64,000 nucleotides of DNA from Eledone cirrhosa (lineage: Eukaryota), in NCBI GenBank assembly GCA_964016885.1, contig OZ024740.1, positions 321,098,001 through 321,162,000 of the forward strand, given 5' to 3'. Made by a program: the position numbers and the translations under genes. Shown here piece after piece: positions 49,345 to 64,000 of the stretch. Below the pieces are notes generated by a model. That model ran no database searches. It had not been told where the DNA came from and saw nothing but the letters and a program-made list of their open reading frames with translations. Every line of letters begins with the position of its first letter. Within the stretch, counting starts at the first letter, position 1.

Positions 49345-49554
49345 TGTTATATATATATATATATATATGTTATATGCTGTATATATATATGCTATATATA
49401 TTATATATATATGTTATATGCTGTATATATATATGCTATATATATTATATACATATGTTATATATATATATATATATGTTATATATATATATATATACAT
49501 ATATGTTATATATATATATATATATATGTTATATATATATATATATATATATGT

Positions 49555-49588
<34 letters not shown>

Positions 49589-49590
49589 TG

Positions 49591-49623
<33 letters not shown>

Positions 49624-49950
49624 ATATATATATATATATATATATATGTTATATATATATATATATATACATATATGTTATATATATATAGATATATATA
49701 TATATATCCAACTGTAGAAAACCCGCCAGACAGTCCTATGCGAGCAAGACAACCACTCTTGCCTCAAGTGGGAAAACTCCCGTCCAAACCCATGCAAGCA
49801 TGGAACACGGACGTTAAACGATGATGATGATGATGATGATGTTATATATATATATATATATATGTTATATATATATATATATATGTTATATATATATATA
49901 TATGTTATATATATAAATATATGTTATGTATATATATATATATATATATG

Positions 49951-49987
<37 letters not shown>

Positions 49988-50116
49988 ATATATATATATA
50001 TATATGTTATATATATATATGTTATATATATATATATATATGTTATATATATATGTTATATATATATATATATGTTATATATATATATATATATGTTATA
50101 TATATATATATATATG

Positions 50117-50169
<53 letters not shown>

Positions 50170-51644
50170 ATATATGTTATATATATATATATATGTTATA
50201 TATATATATATGTTATATATATATATATATATATATATATGTTATATATGTTATATATATATATATATGTTATATATATATATATATGTTATATATATAT
50301 ATATATGTTATATATATATATATATGTTATATATATATATATATGTTATATATATATATATATGTTATATATATATATATATGTTATATATATATATATA
50401 TATGTTATATATATATATATGTTATATATATATATATATATATGTTATATATATGTAATATATATATATATATGTTATATATATGTATATATGTTATATA
50501 TATGTATATATGTTATATATATATATATGTTATATATATGTATATATGTTATGTATATGTTATATATGTATATATGTTATATATATGTTATATATATGTA
50601 TATATGTTATATATATATATGTTATATATATGTTATATATTATATATATGTTATATATATATATATATATATATGTTATATATATGTTATATATTATATA
50701 TATGTTATATATATATATATATATATATGTTATATATATGTTATATATTATATATATGTTATATATATATATATATATATGTTATATATATGTTATATAT
50801 ATATATATTATATATATATGTATATATGTTATATATATATATATGTTATATATGTATGTATGTTATATATGTATATATGTTATATGTATATATGTTATAT
50901 ATATATATGTTATATATATATATATGTTATATGTATATGTTATATGTATATATGTTATATGTATATATGTTATATATATGTATATATATGTTATGTATGT
51001 ATATATGTTATATATATGTATATATATGTTATGTATGTATATATGTTATATATATGTATATATGTTATATATATGTATATATATGTTATGTATATATATA
51101 TATGTTATGTATATATATATGTTATGTATATATATATATATGTTATGTATATATATATATGTTATGTATATATATATGTTATGTATATATATGTTAAGTA
51201 TCCCACCCTTGCAAGCTGGGAAAAGTGGACGTAAAATGAAATGATGATGTTGATGATATATATGTTATGTATATATATATATGTTATGTACATATATGTT
51301 ATGTATATATATATGTTATGTATATATATATATATGTTATGTATATATATATATATATGATATATATATATATATATCATATATATATATATATATGATA
51401 TATATATATATATATATGATATATATATATGATATATATATATATATATATGATGATATATATATATATATATATATGATATATATATATATATATATAT
51501 ATGATATATATATATATATATATATATGATATATATATATATGATATATATATATATATATGATATATATATATATATATATGATATATATATATATATA
51601 TATAAATGTTATATATATATATATATATGATATATATATATATG

Positions 51645-51683
<39 letters not shown>

Positions 51684-51706
51684 ATATATGTTATATATAT
51701 ATATGT

Positions 51707-51738
<32 letters not shown>

Positions 51739-52214
51739 GATATATATATATATATATATATGTTATATATATATATGTTATATATATATATATATGTTAT
51801 ATATATATATGTTATATATATGTTATATATATATATATATGTTATATATATATATATATGTTATATATATATATATATATATGTTATATATATATGTTAT
51901 ATATATATATATATGTGTTATATATATATATGTGTTATATATATATATGTTATATATATATATATGTTATATATATATATGTTATATATATATATATATA
52001 ATAACATATATATATATATAACATATATATATATATATATAACATATATATATATATATATAACATATATATATATATATATATATATAACATATATATA
52101 TATATATATAACATATATATATATATATATAACATATATATATATATATATATAACATATATATATATATATATATAATATATATATAACATATATATAT
52201 ATATATATATATAT

Positions 52215-52285
<71 letters not shown>

Positions 52286-52402
52286 ATATATATATATATA
52301 TATATATATATGTTATATATATATATATATATATATATGTTATATGTTATATATATATGTTATATATATATATATGTTAGATATATATATATGTTAGATA
52401 TG

Positions 52403-52450
<48 letters not shown>

Positions 52451-52574
52451 ATATATGTATATATATATATATATATATATGTTATATATATATATATATG
52501 TTATATATATATATATATATGTTATATATATATATATATATGTTATATATATATATATATATATATATATGTTA

Positions 52575-52624
<50 letters not shown>

Positions 52625-52806
52625 ATATATATATATATGTTATATATATATATATATATATGTTATATATATATATGTTATATATATATATATGTTATAT
52701 ATATATATGTTATATATATATATATGTTATATATATATATATATATGTTATATATATATATATATATGTTATATAAATATATATGTTATATATATATATA
52801 TAAATA

Positions 52807-52838
<32 letters not shown>

Positions 52839-52925
52839 GTTATATATATTTATATATATATGTTATATATATATATTTATATATATATGTTATATATATA
52901 TGTTATATATATATATTTATATATG

Positions 52926-52958
<33 letters not shown>

Positions 52959-53079
52959 ATATATATATATATATATATATGTTATATATATATATTTATA
53001 TATATATGTTATATATATATATATATGTTATATATATATATATATATATATGTTATATATATATATTTATATATATATG

Positions 53080-53118
<39 letters not shown>

Positions 53119-53189
53119 ATATATATATATATATATATATGTTATATATATATTTATATATATATATATATATATATATGTTATATATA

Positions 53190-53220
<31 letters not shown>

Positions 53221-53272
53221 GTTATATATATATTTATATATATATGTTATATATATATTTATATATATATGT

Positions 53273-53305
<33 letters not shown>

Positions 53306-53357
53306 GTTATATATATATTTATATATATATGTTATATATATATATATATATATATGT

Positions 53358-53399
<42 letters not shown>

Positions 53400-53440
53400 A
53401 TATATATATGTTATATATATATATATTTATATATATATGT

Positions 53441-53485
<45 letters not shown>

Positions 53486-53577
53486 GTTATATATATATTT
53501 ATATATATATATATGTTATATATATATATATGGTATATATATATATATATATATATATATGTTATATATATATATAT

Positions 53578-53632
<55 letters not shown>

Positions 53633-53657
53633 TATATATATATATATATATATATAT

Positions 53658-53722
<65 letters not shown>

Positions 53723-53783
53723 TATATATATATATATATATGGTATATATATATATATATATGGTATATATATATATATATAT

Positions 53784-53828
<45 letters not shown>

Positions 53829-54189
53829 GCTGGAGATAAAATGTGTAGCAACAAGGGCGGTGCCCCAGCATGGCCTCAGCCGGATGGCTGAAACAGGTAA
53901 AAGAGTAAAAGAGAATATATGTTATATATATATATATATATATGTTATATATATATATATGTTATATATGTATATATATATGTTATATATATATGTTATA
54001 TATGTATATATATATATATATACATGTTATATATATATATGTTATATATATATATATATGTTATATATGTATATATATATATATATATGTTATATATATA
54101 TATATATGTTATATATATATATGTTATATATATATATATATGTTATATATATATATATGTTATATATATATGTTATATATATATATATG

Positions 54190-54228
<39 letters not shown>

Positions 54229-54381
54229 ATATATATATATATATATTTATATGTTATATATATATATATGTTATATATATATGTTATATTTATGTTATAT
54301 ATATATGTTATATTTATGTTATATATATATGTTATATATGTTATATATATATATATGTATATATATATATGTATATATATG

Positions 54382-54416
<35 letters not shown>

Positions 54417-55412
54417 GTTATATATATATATATATATATATCTTTATATATATATATATATCTTTATATATATATATCTTTATATATATATATATATCTT
54501 TATATATATATATATATCTTTATATATATATATATCTTTATATATATATATATCTTTATATATATATATATATATATGTTATATCTATATATATATATAT
54601 ATGTTATATCTATATATATATATATATATATGTTATATCTATATATATATATATATGTTATAACTTTATATATATATGTGATATCTATATATATATATAT
54701 ATATATATGTTATATCTATATATATATATATATATATATATATGTTATAACTTTATATATATATATATGTTATATCTATATATATATGTTATATCTCTCT
54801 CTCTATATATATATATATATGTTATATCTATCTATATATATATATATATATGTTATAACTTTATATATATATATATGTTATATCTATATATATATATATA
54901 TTATATCTGTATATATATATGTTATATCTCTCTCTCTATATATATATATATATGTTATATCTATATATATATATATATATGTTATATCTATATATATATA
55001 TATATATATATATATGTTATATCTATATATATATATGTTATATCTCTCTATATATATGTTATATATATATATAGAAATATGTTATATCTATATATATATA
55101 TATATGTTATATATATATATATGTTATATCTATTTATATATATATACATATGTTCTCTCTCTCTATATATGTTATATCTATATATATATATATATATATA
55201 TGTTATATCTATATATATATATATATATGTTATATCCATATATATATATATATGTTATATCTATATATATATATATATATATGTTATATCTATATATATA
55301 TATGTTATATCTATATATATATGTTATATATATATATATATATGTTATATCTCTATATATATATGTTATATCTATATATATATGTTATATCTATATATAT
55401 ATATATGTTATA

Positions 55413-55456
<44 letters not shown>

Positions 55457-55571
55457 ATATCTATATATATATATATATATGTTATATCTATATATATATA
55501 TATATATATATGTTATATCTATATATATATATATATATATGTTATATCTATATATATATATATATATATGT

Positions 55572-55603
<32 letters not shown>

Positions 55604-55652
55604 CTATATATATATATATATTATATCTATATATATATATATATATATTATA

Positions 55653-55744
<92 letters not shown>

Positions 55745-55824
55745 CATATATATATATATTATATCTATATATATATATATTATATCTATATATATATATA
55801 TTATATCTATATATATATATTATA

Positions 55825-55892
<68 letters not shown>

Positions 55893-55914
55893 ATATCTAT
55901 ATATATATGTTATA

Positions 55915-55960
<46 letters not shown>

Positions 55961-56014
55961 ATATCTATATATATATATATATATATATATCTATATATAT
56001 ATATATATGTTATA

Positions 56015-56054
<40 letters not shown>

Positions 56055-56079
56055 ATATCTATATATATCTATATATATG

Positions 56080-56112
<33 letters not shown>
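47412..56112. repeat. ~8.7 kb interrupted (TA)n microsatellite array
   Basis: Almost pure TA with domain-specific interruptions and four short retroposon-tail islands. Confidence 0.97.
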
Positions 56113-56114
<2 letters not shown>

Positions 56115-57227
56115 CTTGCAAGCAGGGAGGAGCAGACGTAAAATGATGATGATGATGATATATGTGTGCGTGTTATATAACAGAACATTTACATATAGTT
56201 GTTTGGTATAGAGGCCACAGTTAAAAGTCCAGTAGCTATTCCTGGCTCTATATGGAGAACTGCTTTGCTCAGACTGTAGAATCCTTACTCATATCATATG
56301 AACTATCCAGTAAGCACTTTGTCCTATTCTATTTGTAGGTTGTAAATTTGCAGATATACTTAGATGGAAATAGCATCTGTGTGTGTTAAAGACCATGTAA
56401 TGTAGCTATTAGCTGTTTTATCAAAGATGCTACTAGATTCTGCTGTGAGTAGTTTACAATCTGTATGAAATAGTCGCTTTTCAATTTTGGGGATATTTGA
56501 GTAAATGTTTCTCAGTTTTGAGGTCAGTCAGCGCTTTATATTAGGGATGTTAGTGTGAGTAGATTTTTCCCTGGTAGACTGGAGAGTTGGCTGTTCTGGA
56601 TCATTGTTGAGCATTCCGAGTAGTTGGTGAGTACTGTGGGTAGATGGTGAGTACTTTGGATAGCTGAGGAGATGATTGTGCTAGTTGATCCTCTTTATTA
56701 GAATATTTGGCTTGAGTAGTTGGTACTCATTGGGTTGTTGTGAGTAGTTGGTTGGTACTCATTGGGTTGATGTGACTTGTTCGTACACATTGAGTTGATG
56801 TGACTAGTTGGTACTGATTTAGTAATTGTGACTAGTTGGTAGGTACTCAATAGGTTGATGTGGCTAGTTGGTACTAATTTGGTAGTTGGTGTGACTAGTT
56901 GGTACTCATGTGGTTGATGTGAGTAGGCTTTACTCTTTATTGAGAATATCTGTGAGTATCGTAGTCATTGTTAAAGGAGTGGTTTGACTGTGAATTTGTA
57001 TTAGAAGAGTTATTGTATGGAGAAAATATTAAATGTTACTCTTAGAAGCATTAGACTTGGATACTTGACACCTGATTTAGTTGTATATCTATATGTTCCA
57101 AGTTAAAATTCCCCCCCAGTCAATAAACTCAATACCAGTAATATACTGGGAATGATTTTATCAATTCTTCCTATTTCCTAAAATCTGTTTGAATTTAATA
57201 TTTAATAATGTAAAGATGTTGTAGCAG

Positions 57228-57355
57228 AATTGGCAGATTGTTAGATTAATTGGCAGAAGGTTACCCTAATTGGCAGATTGTTACACTAATTTGTAGATTG
57301 TTAGATTAATTGGTAGATTGTTACACTAATTGGCAGATTGGTAGATTAATTGGCT
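57228..57355. repeat. 20-bp tandem repeat AATTGGCAGATTGTTAGATT
   Basis: About 6 copies. Confidence 0.85.
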
Positions 57356-58011
57356 AAAAGTATTTAGTTTTGTCCTTCTACATTCCGAGTTCAAGTGTTG
57401 CAGATATCAAGTTTGCTTTTCATTCCTCTGGGGTCAGAAAAATAATTATTAATAAATTACAGAGGTCAGTTTATTTAAATATACTCTTCCTCCACAGCTC
57501 TATAACTGTGGGAAATCAACATGGTTCCCATAGGAGTAGGATGGTGGAAGAAATGGTGAAGTTACCAAATTAAATTTCCAAGTGTTTTATTTTTTTTTTC
57601 TTCTATATTCTTTTAGTTCAAATTCTGCCAAAGTCAAATTTGTCATTTCATGAAAGTTTGTAGAATAAGTACCAGTAATAAGTTGGGGTTGATTTAGTTA
57701 ACTTAACTCCTCTTCTAGAAATCTAAGAAAGAAATCTTAGCTAGAAAATGGTGCTAATCTACTGTAATAAGAATAGTTTAAGCAATATAGTTTATATGAA
57801 ACATTGTGAGATATGTGGTTAGGATTGTTTGGGGAAAGCTGGTACAAGGCAAGTTAGAAATACAGGAGTGAGAACTAGAATAGAGTAAAACAAAACAAAA
57901 CAGCAGTTTACACTGTTGCCTTATAATTCATATCTCAAAAGAAAGGAAATGGTGTGTAAACAATTAATTTGTTTCAGTTTTCTTACTTTAATCTGGTTTT
58001 CACTCTTGTAT

Positions 58012-58262
58012 TTTGTTGTGGTGAACACCCCTTTGGGATTAAAGAAATGGACTCAGCGGACTATAATAAATAAGCAACATGTCTCGTTGTCAGCAGTTCG
58101 GGTTGGATTCTCGCGTGAAAGTCTCACACTTTATAGTTGGAAGTTACACCTGAGATAAAATTGTTAGTACCCTGCAGCGTAGAAAATATAACTAGTCCAA
58201 AAAGGTTATAATAGTCCACTGAGTCCATTTCTTTAATCCCAAAAGAGTGTTCACCACAACAT
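58012..58262. repeat. Inverted repeat pair (~55 bp arms), probable MITE or foldback element
   Basis: TGTTGTGGTGAACACCCTTTGGGATTAAAGAAATGGACTCAGCGGACTAT versus ATAGTCCACTGAGTCCATTTCTTTAATCCCAAAAGAGTGTTCACCACAACA. Confidence 0.8.
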
Positions 58263-60599
58263 ATTTCTAACTTGCATTGCATTGGCTTTCTCAAAACAAT
58301 CCTAACCAAGTATAACTTAATATTTTCTACCTTAGAATTGAACCAATGTGGTAAGAAATTGGTTATGAAGTTTTACTTGATCATTGATTGAAAGGACCAG
58401 AAGTCATAAAAGCTTGTATCAATACTGCTGTTCTTTGCCAGATTTTGGTTAAGAATTTAGGAATACTGCTGGAATGTAGATTTTGTTTTAGTCATAGAAA
58501 CAAGTTGTTAAATGTAGAATTGGTAACATTTAAGTGATGTTCATAATGTAAAATAAATGGTTAGTTTTTCTTTCTTTTAGATAATCTCAGCTTTGCTTTG
58601 TTTAGAAACTATTTCACATTCAGTGATAGATATTCCAAGAATTGTGATGTGAGTTTTATTTTTAAATTGTTTTACATCAATTTGTTGGAGTAACAGATAG
58701 TTGGATGTCTTTCCTGTCTATGTCCACTCAACTGTGATATAAAACTAGTGCTTTGCTCAAGGCCACCAGAGAATGAAAGTTGTAAGGTTTGAACTTATGA
58801 CCCTGAAGTTGGTAGTCCACTATTTAAACTTCACTGACTATATATCTATAGAAAATGAAGTGATAAAATTTGAATATTATATAATATATATATATCAAAT
58901 ATATTCTATATATTATATATATTAAATATATTGTATATATTGAATATATATGTCCTACATATCTAATGTATTGAATATATTATATATATTAAATATATTG
59001 TATATGGTATATATTAAATAAAAATATATATAATATATATTTCATAAAATCCTAATGATTTTGCTAATTCAGTTCTTAGTTTCTCCTGAGAATTGAATCT
59101 ATGATAATTACAAATTTAGAATTCAACTTACACCAATAATTATATAATTCAGCTTAATAGTATTTGTTTAATTAACTGTTATTAATTTTAAACACTTTAT
59201 TAATTATAAATGTCAATCTCAAAAGGAAAATAAATATTCTGAGTTAAATACTAACCCATTAACACCAGTATTATAGTATTTAAATGCTTGTTTGATAGGT
59301 TTGTCTAATAGACACACTAGATATGCAGTGAACGAGACTCAAATAGTGTTTATAGAATCAGTATAATATTTATCAATAGTGACTTAACTTTGAATTTTTG
59401 CTGACATAAACAGTCACTATTAATAATATATATTAATGGCGGTGCCCCAGCATGGCCTCAGCCTGTCGGCTGGAACACGTAATATAGTAATAATAAAGTA
59501 TTTATTCAGACATAATATATGTAAGGTCAAGATACTAAGTCTTCTAACATCATTGTCATATGTTCAAACATTATCACTATGGTCATTGTGGTGTGGCCAT
59601 ATTTCTGCTGGCTTCAGTTGTTGTCACCAGAAGAATTTAATCCTACTTCACAGTGAAGAGGAGTTAGCAGTAACCTATTGCACCAGCTATAGAACCAACT
59701 GCTTTATTATACAAATATTGAAGATTGTAAAAGCACCATCCTATTCATGCTAGCACAGGTATATGGAGATGTAAAACAGTTTGAAAAAATACATTTCTAG
59801 TTTTCTTTTATATAATATATTTCTGGTTCAGCACTAAATTTCTTTCTTGGCCATTTTATTGCCATCATAAACTCTCATGATCATTAAGGATAGTCTTTAT
59901 CCTTTGTTATATAATGGAACATTGAAGAGTGTGATATATTATTCAATATTACAAATTATATTCCAAATGTTTTTTGTTTGGTTTTGAAAATAAAAGCAGT
60001 TTAAAATTGACATATTGTATAGTTATTCTTTGAAACATGGGTATATATATATATAAAGCTGTATTTATATATTTGATATCACATGTAACCTTTTTTAAAA
60101 ACTTAATTTTTTTTCACAGTTGTATAAATAACATTACAAATGCGTATATCATGCATATAGCTGTGTGGTTAAGAAGTTTGCTTCACAACCATGAGGTTTT
60201 GGGTTCAATTTTGTTATTATTATCCTTATCATTGTTTTTATATTTATTTTTCCATGCTAGCATGGGTTAGATGATTCCTCTCTAATACAGCAGTACTCAT
60301 GTAACCCATACAAACATGGAAAAATAGATGTATTAGGTCATTAAGTGTGAAATGTCTGATTTCCTGAAGCACTTTTAATTTGAAATCGAACATTTCATAC
60401 TTAATGGTCTGATAAATAGGATGATGATGATGTTTGCATTTCATGTAAAATATTACTGCTATGTATTTTTATATTTATTATTCTACAATAACTAAAATAT
60501 TTTAAAATATCAGGAGACCTTTTTCAATTTGTCTATTTTGTAAGACTTCTATAATAATTATTAAATTCCTGGAAAACATAAACACACATATATGTGTGT

Positions 60600-61313
60600 G
60601 TCTGTGTGGATGCAAATCTTGGGTACATATGAGATGTAGTGGGGTAACGGGTAGACTAACAGGAAGGCAAAACTTTGTATATAATAGATACACAGGGGTA
60701 ATCAAAGGGAAGAGTGTCAGTGATATAAACTTTTTTCCGTCACGTGAAGGATACATAGAAGTGGTTGATAGCTTCTGCTACCTAGGTGACTTAGCTAGAA
60801 GCAAAGGAGGGTGCCCTGAGAGCATAATAGCTAGAATAAGGCTAGAAGAAGATTAGAGAGGTACTCCCACTGTTGACTATAAAAGGTTTCTCCCTATGTA
60901 CAAAAGGATGACTGGACGATGGTGCATGATAGTGAAACATGAGCAGTGACTGCAGAAGACATGCATTGGCTGGCTGGAGAGAAAAGAAGCAACCATGCTT
61001 TGTTGGATGTGCAATGTAAATGTGAGAGAAAAGCAGAGTTTGGATGAACTAAGGGAGAAACTGGGTTTATGAGGAATCCAGGGTGTGCAAGAGAGGACAT
61101 GTGATGCATACGGATGATGATTGCTGGGTGAAGAAGTGGTAAGAAATCCCAGTGGAAGGAAATTGCAATAGAGGTTAACCAAGGAAGACCTGGGATAGGT
61201 GGTGAGAGCTGATCTTGAGACGACAAAAGAATGCGGTGAGTGGAGAGATGCTGTGTTGAAAAGGACATGTCCAACCCATGCATGAGTGGAGAAACAGACG
61301 TAAAAATGATGAT
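60600..61313 (+). mobile_element. Decayed RTE LINE 3' fragment
   Basis: CKSWVHMRCSG..IEVVDSFCYLGD; tail AACCCATGCATG..GACGTAAAAATGATGATG. Confidence 0.85.
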
Positions 61314-61351
61314 GTGTGTGTGTATGTATATATATATCATTCATGCTTTCG

Positions 61352-61492
61352 AGCATAGTTACGTCCCTTTACGATCTGAGTTCAAATCCCGCCGAGGTTG
61401 ACTTTGCCTTTCATCCTTACGGGGTCGATAAAATAAAGTACCAGTAATGCACTGGGTAATTGCTGGCCTTGTGCCTAAAGTAGAAACAATTA
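61352..61492 (+). mobile_element. 5'-truncated Meta-like SINE
   Basis: Nearly identical to 20776-20916. Confidence 0.85.
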
Positions 61493-61948
61493 TTATCATC
61501 GTTTAACATCCATTTTTTCATGCTTGCATGGTTAGACGTGCTGTCACATGAAACAAGTCAGGTCAGGTGACCACATTTTGCACATGGATCTGCATTTCGG
61601 CTGGATGCCCTTCATAATGCCAACCTTGTTACTGGGGGAGTTTTTCATTGTGGTACCACTGGGAGCCTTTTGTGTCATCAGCATGACCACCTTACAGGGT
61701 GGATGGGGTGCACATGTGTATATATATAATATATATATAAGGGTTGGCTAAAAATTTCATAGTTTGACCAAGATACTTTCATGGAATGACCAAGTAAGGT
61801 TTATTTTTTAACATAGTCTTTGGTAAGAAGCAATGCAGTTATTAATAAGAGTTGAAATTAATACATGCAAGATTTCATAGTTCTAGCATTGCTCTTTCAT
61901 AGTCAGCCTTTGAATTTTTCACCCTACCCTTGTATGCGTGTGTGTGTG

Positions 61949-61988
<40 letters not shown>

Positions 61989-61989
<1 letters not shown>

Positions 61990-62743
61990 GAGGGTAAGTT
62001 AAAAGTTTCCGGCCTAGCTCTTTTTATTTAAAGAAGGACTTTATTTACAAAAGTTTAAACACCAACTCATTCGAAATAGTCCCCTTGCACAGCAATGCAC
62101 TGATCCCAGCATTTTTGCCACTCCTGGAATGCAGCCTCAAACTCCTCTTTTGTAAGCTTATCAAGGACCTTCTCTGATTCATGCTGGATCTCAGCAACCT
62201 TTGAGCTTAATTTTCATCTTTTGGAAAATGAAGAAGTCCGCAGAAGCTATGTCTGGCGTGTAGGGTGGGTGCAGAAGCGATGGCATGTTGTGCTTGCTGA
62301 GAAACTCATGGATAATGAATGCTTGGTGACAGGGTGCAATGTCATCATGGAGAATCCAGTTCTTTGCGCATCACAGATTCAAGGTTTTTTGCCGAATGTT
62401 CTTCCTCAAATGCCTCAGAACTTCACAGTAAAACTCTTTTTTGATGGTCTGGCCCTGGGGGATGATAGACTATTCCATTGCGTTGACTGCTGCTTTGTCT
62501 CTGAAGCATGTTCAATGTCTCTGTGGCTGATTTTCCAAGTCTAATGCAAAATTTCATGTTGGCCTTTGTTCCAACTTGATGTCCATGATGTAATCTGAGA
62601 CTTGAACATAGACATGATCAGAAAAACACCAACTTAACAACTCACGATGTAAACAACGATGTCACTTGGTAAACTGACTTATGACAGTTACCATCCGTTG
62701 GCGTACTACAGAGCTAGTCTGGAAACTGTTTGATACCACCTCA
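61989..62743 (-). mobile_element. Internally deleted mariner transposon
   Basis: TA-flanked ~30 bp TIRs (CGAGGGTAAGTTAAAAGTTTCCGGCCTAGC / GCTAGTCTGGAAACTGTTTGATACCACCTCA); minus strand encodes LHDDIAPCH, HPTRQT*LL and AFQEWQKCWDQCIAVQGDYFE*. Confidence 0.85.
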
Positions 62744-64000
62744 TATATCATCATCATTGTTTAACATCCATCTTCCATGCTAGCATGAGTATATATATAT
62801 ATATGTGTGTGTGTGTATTAGTTGGAATTCTGTAACAAATAAATAGAAGATAAAACTTTGTGCAGTTGAGGTGGATTAGCTTGTTTCATAAATTAAAAAA
62901 ATGATTGAGAAATATTTCATGAAAATAATTTATTGAAATTAAGTCAACAATATATCTAAGTTACATTTTTTTAATCTTATATCATAGAAAATATTTTATT
63001 TCTCCAGTTTGTTATATAATTCATAATTTGGCAGAATACTTATTAAAGTTTGCATGTTATATATTATATATACTTGTATATAAGTTATACTAGTAGATAA
63101 GTCCCTCCTTCATTTTTACATACATTTACACTGTATCATATATTGAATTGAGAGTGTGTAGGTCCAGAATATATGTCACATGCTGGGCTTTCACATATTT
63201 TCATGGAAAAAGGTGGGTCTTATACACAAGTATATGCATTAGTTTTTCTTATGCTTAACACATTATACACTGACGAAAAAATATTGTAAATAAAATGGAA
63301 TTTTATTATATGATAAATAAATATTTTATTTTACACTATACATATTTTCTTTTTTTTAAATATGGCTTGGAAATCATGGAAAGATATTTATCATCTGCTC
63401 TTTATAAATTATTGAACCAATTTGTGAGCATATTTACAATGAAACACACTGTCTATATGTTTTATTTAATTTTGAAAATAATAAAGAACTTGGAAGGATT
63501 TAGTAAAATAACAAAGCTTTTTAATTATTTAGTTGGTTTTTAGAACATAACTTAAAGGTTTTTCCATAAAAGTTATGCTAAAGGGTTTTACTTTAATATA
63601 AACTCTTAAGAATTAGAGGTTTAGTGTTATAAAACCAGAGGCAGCCTGAAGTGTTTTGGTATAAAAAAAAGTTAAACAACACTGAATGTCAGTAAATAAA
63701 TGGGGGCAATATTTCAGTAATATTCTTTTAACTAGATTTTATATATATGTATATATATATATATATATATACACATGTATGTATGTGTGTGTATGTTGGT
63801 TAAGATCTGTCTGAAGAACCTGTAACACAGGAGAAACTAGCATTACTAGGCTACTGGCTTAACCGTAATAAATTATGTGTGTATGTAGTGTGCGTGTGTG
63901 TGTTAAAATACAGTTGACGAAGCTTATTTATATAGAAATAATTGTTAAAAAAATATAGAAAATGTTTTCAGAAATTCACAATAATTGTTTAAAGCTGGTG

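Noticed and set aside
47372-56211. Very long Ile/Tyr-rich ORFs (up to 740 aa) in the ORF track
   Set aside because: Artefacts of (TA)n repeats lacking stop codons; open in several frames and on both strands.
56160-64000. Search for a third gene in the right end of the window
   Set aside because: Only repeats and AT-rich sequence; no chain of exons with consistent phase or a recognisable protein was found, although isolated small exons cannot be excluded.

Overview
AT-rich, repeat-dense eukaryotic genomic DNA. The repeat inventory (RTE LINEs with (GAT)n tails, tRNA-derived CORE-like and Meta-like SINEs, Helitrons, TTAA MITEs, huge (TA)n arrays) suggests an octopus or other coleoid cephalopod; that assignment is inference. 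The ORF track misses the real genes, which I reconstructed by hand from splice sites and reading frame. (1) A Borealin/CDCA8 orthologue on the minus strand: non-coding exon ending at 31833, ATG at 29340, at least 12 small coding exons down to 978, and the C-terminus beyond the left edge of the window. (2) A divergently transcribed C1orf109/AIRIM orthologue on the plus strand: 39752-47111, 4 coding exons, 200 aa. This is the same head-to-head pair found in human. The second coding intron of C1orf109 is a minor-spliceosome (U12) intron whose only plausible in-frame 3' end is a non-canonical AA. The Borealin promoter has a CCAAT plus CDE/CHR-like G2/M layout. Downstream of C1orf109 is an ~8.7 kb structured (TA)n array containing retroposon 3' tails. 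The rest is transposon debris, including a young RTE LINE fragment with a PHD-type finger inside its RT region.
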